Positions 10,461 through 19,554 of a stretch of 64,000 nucleotides of DNA are shown piece after piece; position 1 is the first letter of the stretch, and every line of letters starts with the position of its first letter. Under the pieces are notes generated by a model. That model did no database searches. It was not told where the DNA came from and saw only the letters and a program-made list of their open reading frames with translations. A program made the position numbers and the translations under genes. The stretch is from positions 38,724 to 102,723 of the forward strand of contig SCUI01000004.1 in the NCBI GenBank assembly GCA_004297225.1. The letters are read 5' to 3'. The DNA comes from Lysobacteraceae bacterium (GTDB lineage: Bacteria > Pseudomonadota > Gammaproteobacteria > Xanthomonadales > Xanthomonadaceae).

Positions 10461-10919
10461 ATGAAGCCCGTCCTGAAAATCCTCCTGGCCCTGTCCGCTG
10501 CGATGCTGCTGGGTGCCTGCGCCACGCCCGGCTACGGCGGGTACGGCGACCGCTACGGTGGTTACGGCGATCCCTACGGCGGCCGTTCGGGATATCCCAG
10601 CGACCCTTATTACCCGGGCGGCTACGGCAGCCAGTACGGCAGCCAGCGCTTCGTCGCGACGGTCGACAGCGTCGATCCACGCTACGGCCGGGTGCTGCTG
10701 TCGGTCCGTGACTCGCGCAGCTACGGCGCGCGCCGGGTGGAAGTGTTCTACGACAACGGCACGCGCCTGTACTACCAGGGCCGGCAATACCCGGTCGCGG
10801 GGCTGGAGCGCGGCGACGAGGTCTCGGTGGACGCGGTGGAGTCGAACGGGCGCCTGTGGGCGCGGCAGATCGTGGTGGTGCGCAACGTACGCGAGTATGG
10901 GGGCGGGTATCGGTACTGA
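10461..10919 (+). CDS. Lipoprotein with a Gly/Tyr-rich N-terminal region (function unknown)
   Basis: Has a lipobox (LLGAC) after a signal peptide, followed by GYGG repeats. Third-position GC is high. Confidence 0.6.
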   Translation: MKPVLKILLALSAAMLLGACATPGYGGYGDRYGGYGDPYGGRSGYPSDPYYPGGYGSQYGSQRFVATVDSVDPRYGRVLLSVRDSRSYGARRVEVFYDNGTRLYYQGRQYPVAGLERGDEVSVDAVESNGRLWARQIVVVRNVREYGGGYRY

Positions 10920-10927
10920 CGGTGCGC

Positions 10928-10950
10928 AGCCGACCATGGGTCGGCTCTAC
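10928..10950. repeat. REP1 palindromic unit (consensus GTAGAGCCGACCCATGGTCGGCT), reverse orientation
   Basis: agccgaccatgggtcggctctac lies directly after the lipoprotein stop. Six other copies are present in the window. Confidence 0.85.
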
Positions 10951-10953
10951 GGG

Positions 10954-10990
10954 AAGAAAAAAGCCGCTCAACGAGCGGCTTTTTTCTCCT
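10954..10990. terminator. Bidirectional rho-independent terminator
   Basis: The hairpin aaaaaagccgctc-aacg-gagcggctttttt is flanked by A-runs on one side and T-runs on the other. It sits between two convergent ORFs. Confidence 0.7.
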
Positions 10991-11069
10991 TCTTGGCGGC
11001 GCGCTTTTCCTTGAGCGACTTCTCCGGTTTCTTCTTTTCCTGCTTTTTCTGGTCCATCCCCTTGCTCAT
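10968..11069 (-). CDS. Small lysine-rich protein (33 aa, MSKGMDQKKQEKKKPEKSLKEKRAAKKEKKAAR); below the ORF-track length cut-off
   Basis: Hand-translated. It runs from ATG at 11069 to TGA at 10968-10970. Lysine codons are mostly AAG, as expected for this genome, and the stop lies in the terminator loop. Confidence 0.45.
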   Translation of the reverse strand: MSKGMDQKKQEKKKPEKSLKEKRAAKKEKKAAR

Positions 11070-11156
11070 GGCCAAACCCCGTCACGCGCGTTGGTGCGCA
11101 GGGCGATTATGCGCCGGCAATCGCGGGCGGCAAGGGGGGCGCCGGTACAATGCGGC

Positions 11157-12935
11157 ATGCCCCTGATCACCCTGCAAGGCGTCGACCTCGGCGTCGGCGG
11201 CCCGCTGCTGCTGGACGCCGTCGATCTTTCGGTCGAACCCGGCGAGCGCATCGCCCTGATCGGCCGCAACGGCGCCGGCAAGTCCACCTTGCTGAAACTG
11301 CTGGCGGGCGAGGTATTGCCCGATGACGGCGACGTCCGCCGCCAGGGCGGCATCCGCGTCGCGCGGCTGGAACAGGAAGTCCCCGGCGGCCTGGGCGGCA
11401 GCGTGTCCGCGTTGGTCGCCGGGGGCCTCTCCGGGCAACCGGCTTGGCGCATCGGCGAGGTGCTGACCCGGCTCGGGCTCGACGGCGACGCGGCCTTCGA
11501 CGGCCTGTCCGGTGGCATGAAGCGACGGGTGCTGCTGGCCCGCGCGCTGGTGTCGCAACCGGACCTGCTGCTGCTCGACGAGCCGACGAACCACCTCGAC
11601 CTGGCGTCGATCGAATGGCTCGAGGGTTTCCTCAAGTCCTGGGCGGGCGCACTGGTGTTCGTGACCCACGACCGCCGTTTCCTGCGCGCGCTGGCGACCC
11701 GGATCGTCGAGATCGACCGTGGCCAGGTCACCAGCTGGCCGGGCGACTGGGCCAACTACGAGCGCCGGCGCGAGGAGCGGCTGCATGCGCAGGCGCAGGA
11801 AAACGCCCGCTTCGACAAGCTGCTGGCGCAGGAGGAGGCCTGGATCCGGCAGGGCATCAAGGCGCGGCGCACGCGCGACGAAGGCCGGGTGCGGCGGCTG
11901 GAAGCGATGCGGGTCGAGCGCGGTCGGCGCCGCGGGCAGGTGGGCGCGGTGCGCATGGAAGCCGCGGCCGCCGAAGCCTCCGGCCGCAAGGTGATCGAGG
12001 CGCGCGACGTCTCGTTCGCCTGGCCGGGGAAGGCGCCGGTGGTGGGCGACTTCTCGACCACGATCCTGCGCGGCGACCGCATCGGCCTGATCGGGCCCAA
12101 CGGCAGCGGCAAGACCACGCTGCTCAAGCTGCTGCTCGGCGAACTGGCGCCAGGCAGCGGCGAGGTGCGCGTGGGCAGCAACCTGCAGGTCGCGTATTTC
12201 GACCAGTACCGGGCGACGCTGCGCGAGGACTGGAACGCGCTGGAGAACGTCGCCGAAGGGCGCGAATCGGTGACCGTGAATGGGCGCCAGAAGCACGCGA
12301 TCGGCTACCTGCAGGATTTCCTGTTCACCGCCGAGCGCGCGCGGGCACCGATCACGCGGTTGTCCGGTGGCGAACGCAACCGGCTGCTGCTGGCGCGCCT
12401 GTTCGCGCAGCCCTCCAACCTGCTGGTGCTCGACGAACCGACCAACGACCTCGACGTGGAGACGCTGGAGCTGCTCGAGGAACTGCTGGCCGACTACCCG
12501 GGCACGCTGCTGCTGGTCAGCCACGATCGCGACTTCCTCGACCGCGTGGTGACCTCGACCCTGGTGATGGAAGGCGAGGGCGTCGTCGGCGAATACGTCG
12601 GCGGCTACAGCGACTGGCTGCGCCAGCGCCCCGAGCCGTCGGCCCCGAAGCCCGCCCCCGTAGAGCCGACCCATGGTCGGCCGCCGTCTCCTCCGTCGTC
12701 CGTCCGCCGCAAGCTCACCTACAAGGACCAGCGCGAACTCGAGGCGCTACCCGCGCTCATCGAGCAACTCGAGGCCGAGGTCGCCGCGCTGACCGAAACC
12801 ATGCACGACCCTGCGTTCTACCAGCAAGACGGCGCGGCGATCACCGCGCACACCACTAGGCTCGCCGAGATCCAGGCCGCCCTCGACGCCGCCTATGCCC
12901 GCTGGCAAGAGCTGGAATCGCAAACCGGCGGTTGA
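11157..12935 (+). CDS. uup: ABC-F family ATPase (Uup-like) with a C-terminal coiled-coil
   Basis: Has two ABC cassettes (GRNGAGKSTLLK/LSGGMKRRVLLA and GPNGSGKTTLLK/LSGGERNRLLLA), no TM domain, and a C-terminal KLTYKDQRELEALP coiled-coil region. Confidence 0.9.
   Translation: MPLITLQGVDLGVGGPLLLDAVDLSVEPGERIALIGRNGAGKSTLLKLLAGEVLPDDGDVRRQGGIRVARLEQEVPGGLGGSVSALVAGGLSGQPAWRIGEVLTRLGLDGDAAFDGLSGGMKRRVLLARALVSQPDLLLLDEPTNHLDLASIEWLEGFLKSWAGALVFVTHDRRFLRALATRIVEIDRGQVTSWPGDWANYERRREERLHAQAQENARFDKLLAQEEAWIRQGIKARRTRDEGRVRRLEAMRVERGRRRGQVGAVRMEAAAAEASGRKVIEARDVSFAWPGKAPVVGDFSTTILRGDRIGLIGPNGSGKTTLLKLLLGELAPGSGEVRVGSNLQVAYFDQYRATLREDWNALENVAEGRESVTVNGRQKHAIGYLQDFLFTAERARAPITRLSGGERNRLLLARLFAQPSNLLVLDEPTNDLDVETLELLEELLADYPGTLLLVSHDRDFLDRVVTSTLVMEGEGVVGEYVGGYSDWLRQRPEPSAPKPAPVEPTHGRPPSPPSSVRRKLTYKDQRELEALPALIEQLEAEVAALTETMHDPAFYQQDGAAITAHTTRLAEIQAALDAAYARWQELESQTGG
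12660..12682. repeat. REP1 unit located in-frame inside uup (encodes VEPTHGR)
   Basis: gtagagccgacccatggtcggcc matches the intergenic REP1 copies and lies within the Pro/Ser-rich linker of the ABC-F protein. Confidence 0.85.
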
Positions 12936-12943
12936 GGTGCAAC

Positions 12944-12970
12944 GTCGCCGCTTGCGCCGCTCCCACAAGG
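12944..12970. repeat. REP3 unit (consensus GTCGCGGCTTGCGCCGCTCCCACAAGG)
   Basis: gtcgccgcttgcgccgctcccacaagg lies between the convergent stops of uup and the M14 peptidase. Four more copies are in the window. Confidence 0.85.
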
Positions 12971-12974
12971 AGGA

Positions 12975-14753
12975 TCAGGGGAGCAGGTCGGTCCGCAGCA
13001 CGGGATAGCGCATGTAGCCGCTGTCCCACGCCGGGTGCAGGCGGTAGAAGAAGTCCAGGCGCGCGCGCGGGCTGGCCGCGAATCCGGCATCGTCCTTGAG
13101 CTTCTGCTCGAAGCGCGCCTTGAGCGCCGGGTCCTTCGCCAGCATCCCGCGGGCGACTTCCTCGGCGACATAGGCCTCCATGTATTCCTTGCGCTCGAAT
13201 GCGTTGTTGAACTCGCCCCAGCCGGCCATCGAGTCCGGCGCTTGCGGTTCGAGGATATGCACGGCCAGTCGCGCAAGGGGCTGCGCGATCGGCACGAACA
13301 GCGCGCCGGCGCCGAGCGTTTCGTGCGAGGGCGCCCAGGCGCCCTCGAGCGACAGGCGCTGGTGGCCTTCCATGGAGGCAGCCGCGAACTTCGCTTCGTC
13401 GGCGCGGTAGACCTGCGCGTCGACTTCGACCGGGTGCGCGAGCTTGCGGTAGGCGACGCCGTGCGCGTCGAGCCACGACGCCACGATCTTCGCGTACTCG
13501 GGCGGCACCAGGTAACCGCCCTTGGGCGCAGTGACCACGGTGCCAGGCACGATCGTGTCGCGTAGCGGCACCTTCCAGACTTGCGGCGTCGACTCGTCGT
13601 AATGCGTCATCAACGCACCGGATATGTCCGATGGCGTGCGCGTGTAGGCGTAGCCGCGGAAATCGATCGTGCGCACGTCGTCGGTGGCGCGGTAGTCCAG
13701 CGGCACCGGCTGGCCGCCCAGCCCGCGTGCGCGCGCATCGGCCGCGTCGGCCAGCGCCAGCCACTCGTCGCCATGCGCGACGGTCAGCTCGATCGCGTCG
13801 AGCACCGTATTGCGGGTCGCGCGCACGCGCTCGGGGTAGTTACGCCAGGAATGCGTTTCCACCAGGATGGCCAGGCGGTTGCGCAGCTGGAAGTAGCCGT
13901 GCGAGAAGCGCGGCGGCGCGACGCCGTGGACGAAGCCGGTCGCCGGATCGTCGTCCTCGACGAAGCTCGGGTAGAACACCACCGGGTCCGACCCCTGCTG
14001 TTCCAGGCGCGTGGCGATGCCGTCGCGCAGCGCGCGGCCGGCCACGCGCAACGCGGGATCGCCGGAGTTCACCGGCTCGCCGGTGATCGAGATGTCGTGC
14101 TGGAACTTGGCGCCGTCGGTGACGTGCAGGTCGAGCGTGACCAGCGGATCCCAGCGCTGCACCAATGCCAGCATCGCGCGCATCTCCGGCGCGTCGGCCT
14201 TCACGTAGTCGCGGTTGAGGTTGTAGCGCTGCGCGGTGGTGCGGAAGCCCATTTCCTCCGGGCCGCGCTGGTTCGGCCGGTTCCAGGCGCGGAAGTTCTC
14301 GTGGCCGTCGACGTTGAACACCGGCACGAACAGCAGCACCAGTTGGTCCAGCGCGCCCGGCGCGGCCTCGCCGTCGAGCATCTGCCGCAGCAGCTGGAAG
14401 CCGGCGTCCTTGCCGTCGATCTCTCCGGCGTGGATGCCGCCCTGCGCCAGCAGCACCGGGATCTTCGCGGCCGCCGCGGCAGCGGGATCGAAGGCGCCGC
14501 TGCGGGTCGCCACCAGCACCTTCATCTCGCGTCCCTGCGGCGTGGTGCCGAAGCTTTCGCAACGCACCGCGTCCGGATACCGCTCCGCGAAGGCGTCGCA
14601 CAGCGCCAGCACCTCCTCGTAACGACCCGTGCGCTGGAAGCCGGAGCGCTCGGCGACGGTGGCCAGGTCGGCCGATGAAGGCGGGGTGGCGGCCGGGACG
14701 GACATCGGCAGGCAGGCGAGCAGGCAGGCAAGCAACAGGGTGGTGCGGCGCAT
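12975..14753 (-). CDS. M14 family zinc carboxypeptidase-like metallopeptidase, secreted
   Basis: Start chosen at MRRTTLLLACLLACLPMSVPAA (signal peptide). Carries the HxxE zinc motif (GGIHAGEIDG). Confidence 0.8.
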   Translation of the reverse strand: MRRTTLLLACLLACLPMSVPAATPPSSADLATVAERSGFQRTGRYEEVLALCDAFAERYPDAVRCESFGTTPQGREMKVLVATRSGAFDPAAAAAAKIPVLLAQGGIHAGEIDGKDAGFQLLRQMLDGEAAPGALDQLVLLFVPVFNVDGHENFRAWNRPNQRGPEEMGFRTTAQRYNLNRDYVKADAPEMRAMLALVQRWDPLVTLDLHVTDGAKFQHDISITGEPVNSGDPALRVAGRALRDGIATRLEQQGSDPVVFYPSFVEDDDPATGFVHGVAPPRFSHGYFQLRNRLAILVETHSWRNYPERVRATRNTVLDAIELTVAHGDEWLALADAADARARGLGGQPVPLDYRATDDVRTIDFRGYAYTRTPSDISGALMTHYDESTPQVWKVPLRDTIVPGTVVTAPKGGYLVPPEYAKIVASWLDAHGVAYRKLAHPVEVDAQVYRADEAKFAAASMEGHQRLSLEGAWAPSHETLGAGALFVPIAQPLARLAVHILEPQAPDSMAGWGEFNNAFERKEYMEAYVAEEVARGMLAKDPALKARFEQKLKDDAGFAASPRARLDFFYRLHPAWDSGYMRYPVLRTDLLP

Positions 14754-14805
14754 CGATGGTCCCCGGGGTCGGCGCGAGTTCGGATCGATGATAACGTTTC
14801 GGCCC

Positions 14806-15438
14806 ATGACCCTCCTGTACTACTCCCCGGGATCGGCCAGCCTGCTGGTGCACTGGCTGCTGATCGAATTCCGCGTGCCCTACGAGCTGCGCCTGCTGGA
14901 TTTCTCCAGCCGCGAGCAGAAGTCCGCCGAATACCTCGCGCTGAATCCCAGCGGCGTGGTGCCGACGCTGGTGCTGGACGGCCGGCCGATGGTCGAGGCC
15001 GCCGCGATCGCCATGTACCTGGGCGACGCGCATCCCGGGGCGGGCCTCGCGCCCGTGACCGGCGACCCGCGCCGGCGCGACTACCTGCAGTGGATGTTCC
15101 ACCTGGCCAACATGGTGCAGCCGCTGTTCCGAATCTGGTGGTACCCGCACGAGGTCGCCGGCGCCGAGCTCTCCGACACCGCGCTGGAACACGTGCGACC
15201 GCGGATCGAGGCCGCCTGGGACCGGATCGACGCCCACCTGGCGGAGCACGGCCCGTTCCTGCTCGGCGATGCGCCGTCCGTCGCCGACTTCTACCTCACC
15301 ATGCTGATGCGCTGGTCGCGGAAGATGCCGCGGCCGGCCACCGAATGGCCCCACATGGCGGCGCTCGCGGCGGCGCTGAAGGCGCGACCCTCGTTCGCCG
15401 CGCTGTACGCCGCCGAAGGCCTGGAGGAATGGGCATGA
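14806..15438 (+). CDS. Glutathione S-transferase family protein
   Basis: The N-terminal thioredoxin-like fold (LLYYSPGSASLLVHWLL, NPSGVVPTL) and the alpha-helical C-terminal domain match GST architecture. Confidence 0.8.
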   Translation: MTLLYYSPGSASLLVHWLLIEFRVPYELRLLDFSSREQKSAEYLALNPSGVVPTLVLDGRPMVEAAAIAMYLGDAHPGAGLAPVTGDPRRRDYLQWMFHLANMVQPLFRIWWYPHEVAGAELSDTALEHVRPRIEAAWDRIDAHLAEHGPFLLGDAPSVADFYLTMLMRWSRKMPRPATEWPHMAALAAALKARPSFAALYAAEGLEEWA

Positions 15439-17060
15439 GCACGGCCACGCCGATGCCGCGCCAACGCCTGCCCCGGCAGATCCCCTACATCATCGGCAAC
15501 GAGGCCTGCGAGCGCTTCAGCTTCTACGGGATGCGCAACATCCTGGTGCAGTTCCTGATCAGCAGCGTGATCCTGGCCTACATCCCGGAAGCCGACCGCG
15601 AAGGCGCCGCCAAGGACATCTTCCACAGCTTCGTCATCGGCGTGTACTTCTTCCCGCTGCTGGGCGGCTGGTTGTCGGACCGCTTCTTCGGCAAGTACGA
15701 CACCGTGCTGTGGTTCTCGCTGATCTACTGCGCCGGCCATGCCTGCCTGGCCCTGTTCGAGGACAACCGCCAGGGCTTCTACACCGGGTTGTTCCTGATC
15801 GCGCTTGGTTCGGGCGGCATCAAGCCGCTGGTGGTGTCCTTCGTCGGCGACCAGTTCACCCAGGCCAACAAGTCGCTGGCCAAGGTGGTGTTCGATTTCT
15901 TCTACTGGACCATCAACTTCGGCAGTTTCTTCGCGTCGTTGCTGATGCCGTTGTTCCTGCGCGAACTGGGGCCGTCGATCGCGTTCGGCATCCCCGGCGT
16001 GCTGATGTTCATCGCCACCTTCATCTTCTGGCTCGGCCGCAGGAAATACGTGCGGGTGCCGCCGACCCGTGGCCAGGATCCCGATTCGTTCTACAACGTC
16101 GCCCGCACCGCGCTGCTGTCGCGGGCGCCGGGGCAGGGCAGGCCGGGCCTCGCGGTCGCCATGGCCGGCGGTGTGCTGGCGTCGGGCATGCTGCTGTTGT
16201 GGGCGCTGCAGGCCGCCGGCGTCGCGCTGCCGTTCTGGCCGGACGACTTCCACTTCGTGATCACCGCCTGCCTGGCGCTGGGCGCGCTGATCGCGTTCGG
16301 CGGCATCGGCGTGTCCATGCAGCTCCATCGCGCCCGTGGCCGCCATGACGATGCCGCGGTGGACAGCGTGCGTTCGGTGCTGCGCATCATCATCGTGTTC
16401 GCGCTGACCACCCCGTTCTGGTCGCTGTTCGACCAGAAGGCGAGTACCTGGGTCATCCAGGGCCGCGACATGGCGGTACCGCACGACAGCTGGTGGTGGC
16501 CGAGCTGGCTGGTGCGCGAGGCCGCGCAGATGCAGGCGCTGAACCCGCTGCTGGTGATGCTGCTGATCCCGTTCAACAACATCGTGCTGTACCCGGCGCT
16601 GCGCCGGCTGGGCTACGAGCCGACCGCGCTGCGGCGGATGGGCTGGGGCATCGCGTTCTCCGGCATCGCCTGGATCGTGGCCGGGCTGATCCAGCTGCAG
16701 ATCGACAGCGGCGCGGCGACCTCGCTGGCGTGGCAGGCGGTGCCGTACACGCTGCTGACCTTCGGCGAGGTGCTGGTCTCGGCGACCGCGCTGGAATTCG
16801 CCTACAGCCAGGCCAAGGGTTCGATGAAGGGCGTGATCATGGCCTTCTGGTACCTGGCCAGCACCTTCGGCAGCCTCTGGGTGCTGCTGACCAACGTGGC
16901 CGTGCGCAACGATGCGGTGACCGCGCGCATCGCCACCACCGGCTGGAGCGAGAACGCGTTCCTGATGTTCTTCTTCGCGGCGTTCGCGTTCGCCGCCGCG
17001 GCGGTGTTCGCGCTGTACGCGCGCAGCTATCCGATGCAGGACAACTATCGTGTCGCCTGA
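15435..17060 (+). CDS. POT/PTR2 family proton-dependent oligopeptide transporter (MFS)
   Basis: Carries the ExxERFxYYG-like signature (GNEACERFSFYGMRN) and is a multi-TM protein. The ATG overlaps the GST stop. Confidence 0.88.
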   Translation: MSTATPMPRQRLPRQIPYIIGNEACERFSFYGMRNILVQFLISSVILAYIPEADREGAAKDIFHSFVIGVYFFPLLGGWLSDRFFGKYDTVLWFSLIYCAGHACLALFEDNRQGFYTGLFLIALGSGGIKPLVVSFVGDQFTQANKSLAKVVFDFFYWTINFGSFFASLLMPLFLRELGPSIAFGIPGVLMFIATFIFWLGRRKYVRVPPTRGQDPDSFYNVARTALLSRAPGQGRPGLAVAMAGGVLASGMLLLWALQAAGVALPFWPDDFHFVITACLALGALIAFGGIGVSMQLHRARGRHDDAAVDSVRSVLRIIIVFALTTPFWSLFDQKASTWVIQGRDMAVPHDSWWWPSWLVREAAQMQALNPLLVMLLIPFNNIVLYPALRRLGYEPTALRRMGWGIAFSGIAWIVAGLIQLQIDSGAATSLAWQAVPYTLLTFGEVLVSATALEFAYSQAKGSMKGVIMAFWYLASTFGSLWVLLTNVAVRNDAVTARIATTGWSENAFLMFFFAAFAFAAAAVFALYARSYPMQDNYRVA

Positions 17061-17063
17061 CTG

Positions 17064-17678
17064 ATGGGCTTCTCCCTGACCATCGCCCTGGTCGCGGTGA
17101 CCGTGGCGGTCTCCTGGCTGGCGTTCAACAACCCGCGGCTGCTTGACCGGCTGCTGCTGTGGCCGCCGGCGATCGAGCGGCGGCACCAGTACGACCGCCT
17201 GCTCACCCACGGCTTCGTGCATGCCGACTGGCAGCACCTGCTGTTCAACATGATCACCCTGTATTTCTTCGGTCGCGCGGTCGAAGGGGTGTTCACCGAA
17301 CTGATCGGCCGGGCAGGGTTCGCGCTGTTCTACCTGTCGGCGATAGTGGTGGCGATCCTGCCGACCTACCTGCGCCACCGGCACGACCCGCGCTATCGCA
17401 GCCTCGGCGCCTCGGGCGCGGTTTCGGCGGTGCTGTTCGCCTACATCCTGATGGCGCCGTGGTCACTGATCTTCGTGTTCTTCCTGCCGGTGCCGGCGAT
17501 CGTGTATGCGGTGTTCTATGTCGGCTATTCGATCTGGATGGACCGGCAGGGCGGCGACAACGTCAACCACAGCGCGCACCTGTGGGGCGCCGGCTACGGG
17601 GTGCTCTTCACGGTGATGATGGAGCCGCGCGTCATCGCGATCTTCCTGGAGCGCCTGCTGCATCCCTCGTTCGGCTGA
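17064..17678 (+). CDS. Rhomboid family intramembrane serine protease
   Basis: Contains GASGAVSAVLFAY (GxSG catalytic Ser) and HSAHLWGAGYG (catalytic His in a TM helix). Confidence 0.85.
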   Translation: MGFSLTIALVAVTVAVSWLAFNNPRLLDRLLLWPPAIERRHQYDRLLTHGFVHADWQHLLFNMITLYFFGRAVEGVFTELIGRAGFALFYLSAIVVAILPTYLRHRHDPRYRSLGASGAVSAVLFAYILMAPWSLIFVFFLPVPAIVYAVFYVGYSIWMDRQGGDNVNHSAHLWGAGYGVLFTVMMEPRVIAIFLERLLHPSFG

Positions 17679-17760
17679 CCGGCGGTACTCACCCGGCGTG
17701 GATGCCGGGAGTGATACTCCGGTGCGAGCCGCGCATCCGGCGCGGGGCGATGGAGGCGAC

Positions 17761-18330
17761 ATGGCAAGCGCGAGCAGGGCCGCGGCCCGGAAGGCGGCGG
17801 CGAAGAAGGCGACGAAGAAGTCCGTAGCGAAGAAGTCCGTAGCGAAGAAGTCCTCGGCCAGGAAGGCGGCGACGAGGAAGACTCCGGCGAAAAAGGTGGC
17901 CGCGAAGAAATCGGTCGCCAGGAAGTCGGTCGCGAAGAAGACGGCAACGAAGAAGGCCACTGCGAAGAAGACCGCCGCCAGGAAGCCCGCGGCGAAGAAG
18001 ACCGCGGTAAAGAAGACCGCGGCGAAGAAGTCGGCAACGAAAAAGACCGCGGCGAAGAAGACGACGTCGAAGAAGGCCATCACCCCGGGGCGGGCGCTCG
18101 CCAATACCCGCAAGTTGCTGCGCGCCAGGCAGGAACAGGCGCGGCAGGTGCCGGCCTGGCAGGCGCTGGACACCCGCCACGGCACGGTGCCGCAGCCGGG
18201 CTTCCAGTCCGACGAGGCGCGCGTGCAGGCCGGGCACCTGCATGAGGCGGAATCGCGGCTGGAGGGCATCCAGGGCTCGATCAGCACCCACGACCGGCAT
18301 AATCAGGGCAAGCGCGACCAGCGTTCCTGA
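17761..18330 (+). CDS. Histone H1-like Lys/Ala-repeat (AKKxx) protein with a non-repetitive C-terminal domain
   Basis: About 100 aa of KKxAAKK repeats (AlgP/H1-like composition) are followed by a Gln/Arg/His-rich 85-aa tail. The DNA shows the corresponding gcgaagaag periodicity. Confidence 0.7.
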   Translation: MASASRAAARKAAAKKATKKSVAKKSVAKKSSARKAATRKTPAKKVAAKKSVARKSVAKKTATKKATAKKTAARKPAAKKTAVKKTAAKKSATKKTAAKKTTSKKAITPGRALANTRKLLRARQEQARQVPAWQALDTRHGTVPQPGFQSDEARVQAGHLHEAESRLEGIQGSISTHDRHNQGKRDQRS

Positions 18331-18342
18331 GGAATCCCCCCG

Positions 18343-18627
18343 ATGCCAGACCCCGTCGTCCCGATCCACGAACCCGAGCGGGACCGTTTCAGCGTCACCA
18401 TCGAAGGACAGGTCGCCGTCGTCGAGTACACGCTCGACGGCGGCGTGATGACCATCACCCACACCCTGGTGCCGCCGCCGCTCGAGGGCCGCGGCATCGC
18501 ATCGGCGCTGGTGCGCGCCGCGCTCGACCACGCCCGCGCGCAGGGCCTGAAGGTGCATCCCGCCTGCAGCTACGCCGACGCGTGGATGCGCCGCCACCCG
18601 GACTACGACACCCTGCGGGCCGCCTAG
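18343..18627 (+). CDS. Small GNAT-fold N-acetyltransferase-like protein (YjdJ type)
   Basis: The 94-aa protein carries the EGRGIASALV motif and matches the size of the single-domain YjdJ family. Confidence 0.75.
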   Translation: MPDPVVPIHEPERDRFSVTIEGQVAVVEYTLDGGVMTITHTLVPPPLEGRGIASALVRAALDHARAQGLKVHPACSYADAWMRRHPDYDTLRAA

Positions 18628-18631
18628 GCCG

Positions 18632-19348
18632 ATGCGGCTCAACAAGTTCATCGCCGACAGCGGCCTGTGCTCGCGTCGCGAGGCCGATCGCCTGATCGGC
18701 GAGGGCCGGGTCACCGTGGACGGCCTGCGCGCGCGCGTGGGCGCGGAGCTGCCCGAAGGCGCCCAGGTGCAGGTCGACGGCCAGCCGCTGGCCGTGCGCA
18801 AGGCCGCCAAAGGCCAGCGCCGCCACGTCTACATCGCGCTCAACAAGCCGGTGGGGATCACCAGCACCACCGAGGGCGCGGTGAAGGGCAACATCGTCGA
18901 CTTCGTCGACCACCAGCAGCGGATCTTCCCGATCGGGCGGCTGGACAAGGATTCGGAAGGGCTGATCCTGCTGACCAGCAACGGCGACATCGTCAACGCC
19001 ATCCTGCGCGCCGAGAGCAAGCTGGAGAAGGAGTACCTGGTGGCGGTCAACCACGCGGTCACCGACGAGTTCCTGCGCAACATGGCCCGGGGCGGGGTGC
19101 CGGTCCACGGCCAGCCGACCCTCCCGGCCAGGACGGGGAAGCTGGGCCGCTTCGGGTTCCGCATCACCCTGGTCCAGGGACTCAACCGCCAGGTCCGGCT
19201 GATGGCCGCCCATTTCGGCTACCGGGTGAAGCAGCTGGTGCGGGTCAGGATCGGCAACGTCAAGCTCGGCCACCTCAAGCCGGGGCAGTGGCGCAACCTC
19301 ACCGACGCCGAGTTGCGGGGGCTCTTGCCGGGGCACGAGGACTGGTGA
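18632..19348 (+). CDS. rluF: RsuA/RluF family rRNA pseudouridine synthase
   Basis: Has an N-terminal S4 domain (RLNKFIADSGLCSRREADRLI) and the catalytic motif PIGRLDKDSEGLILLT. Confidence 0.85.
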   Translation: MRLNKFIADSGLCSRREADRLIGEGRVTVDGLRARVGAELPEGAQVQVDGQPLAVRKAAKGQRRHVYIALNKPVGITSTTEGAVKGNIVDFVDHQQRIFPIGRLDKDSEGLILLTSNGDIVNAILRAESKLEKEYLVAVNHAVTDEFLRNMARGGVPVHGQPTLPARTGKLGRFGFRITLVQGLNRQVRLMAAHFGYRVKQLVRVRIGNVKLGHLKPGQWRNLTDAELRGLLPGHEDW

Positions 19349-19554
19349 CCCCCCATTCACACTTTTCCCCGAAAGTAGGTTAAGGTTCGCCCACTGTTCA
19401 AAGCGGGATCACGGTACATCGTGGCTCCGATGCGGTAGATCCAACCGATCCGCTTCATCGTTACGCGTCATCTACCCCTTGCTCCGACAGTCCGGTACGC
19501 CTCCATGTGGAGTCGGCCGTGTACACCAAAACCTCGTTTCAAGGAGTTAGTAAC

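Noticed and set aside
12975-14807. Longest-ORF starts for several secreted proteins: M14 at 14807, Dcp at 28340, LexA at 34529, Fpr at 35525 and ImuB at 33534
   Set aside because: Downstream ATGs give canonical N-termini (signal peptides, or MDELTERQ for LexA). The upstream extensions are Arg-rich and overlap neighbouring genes or promoters.
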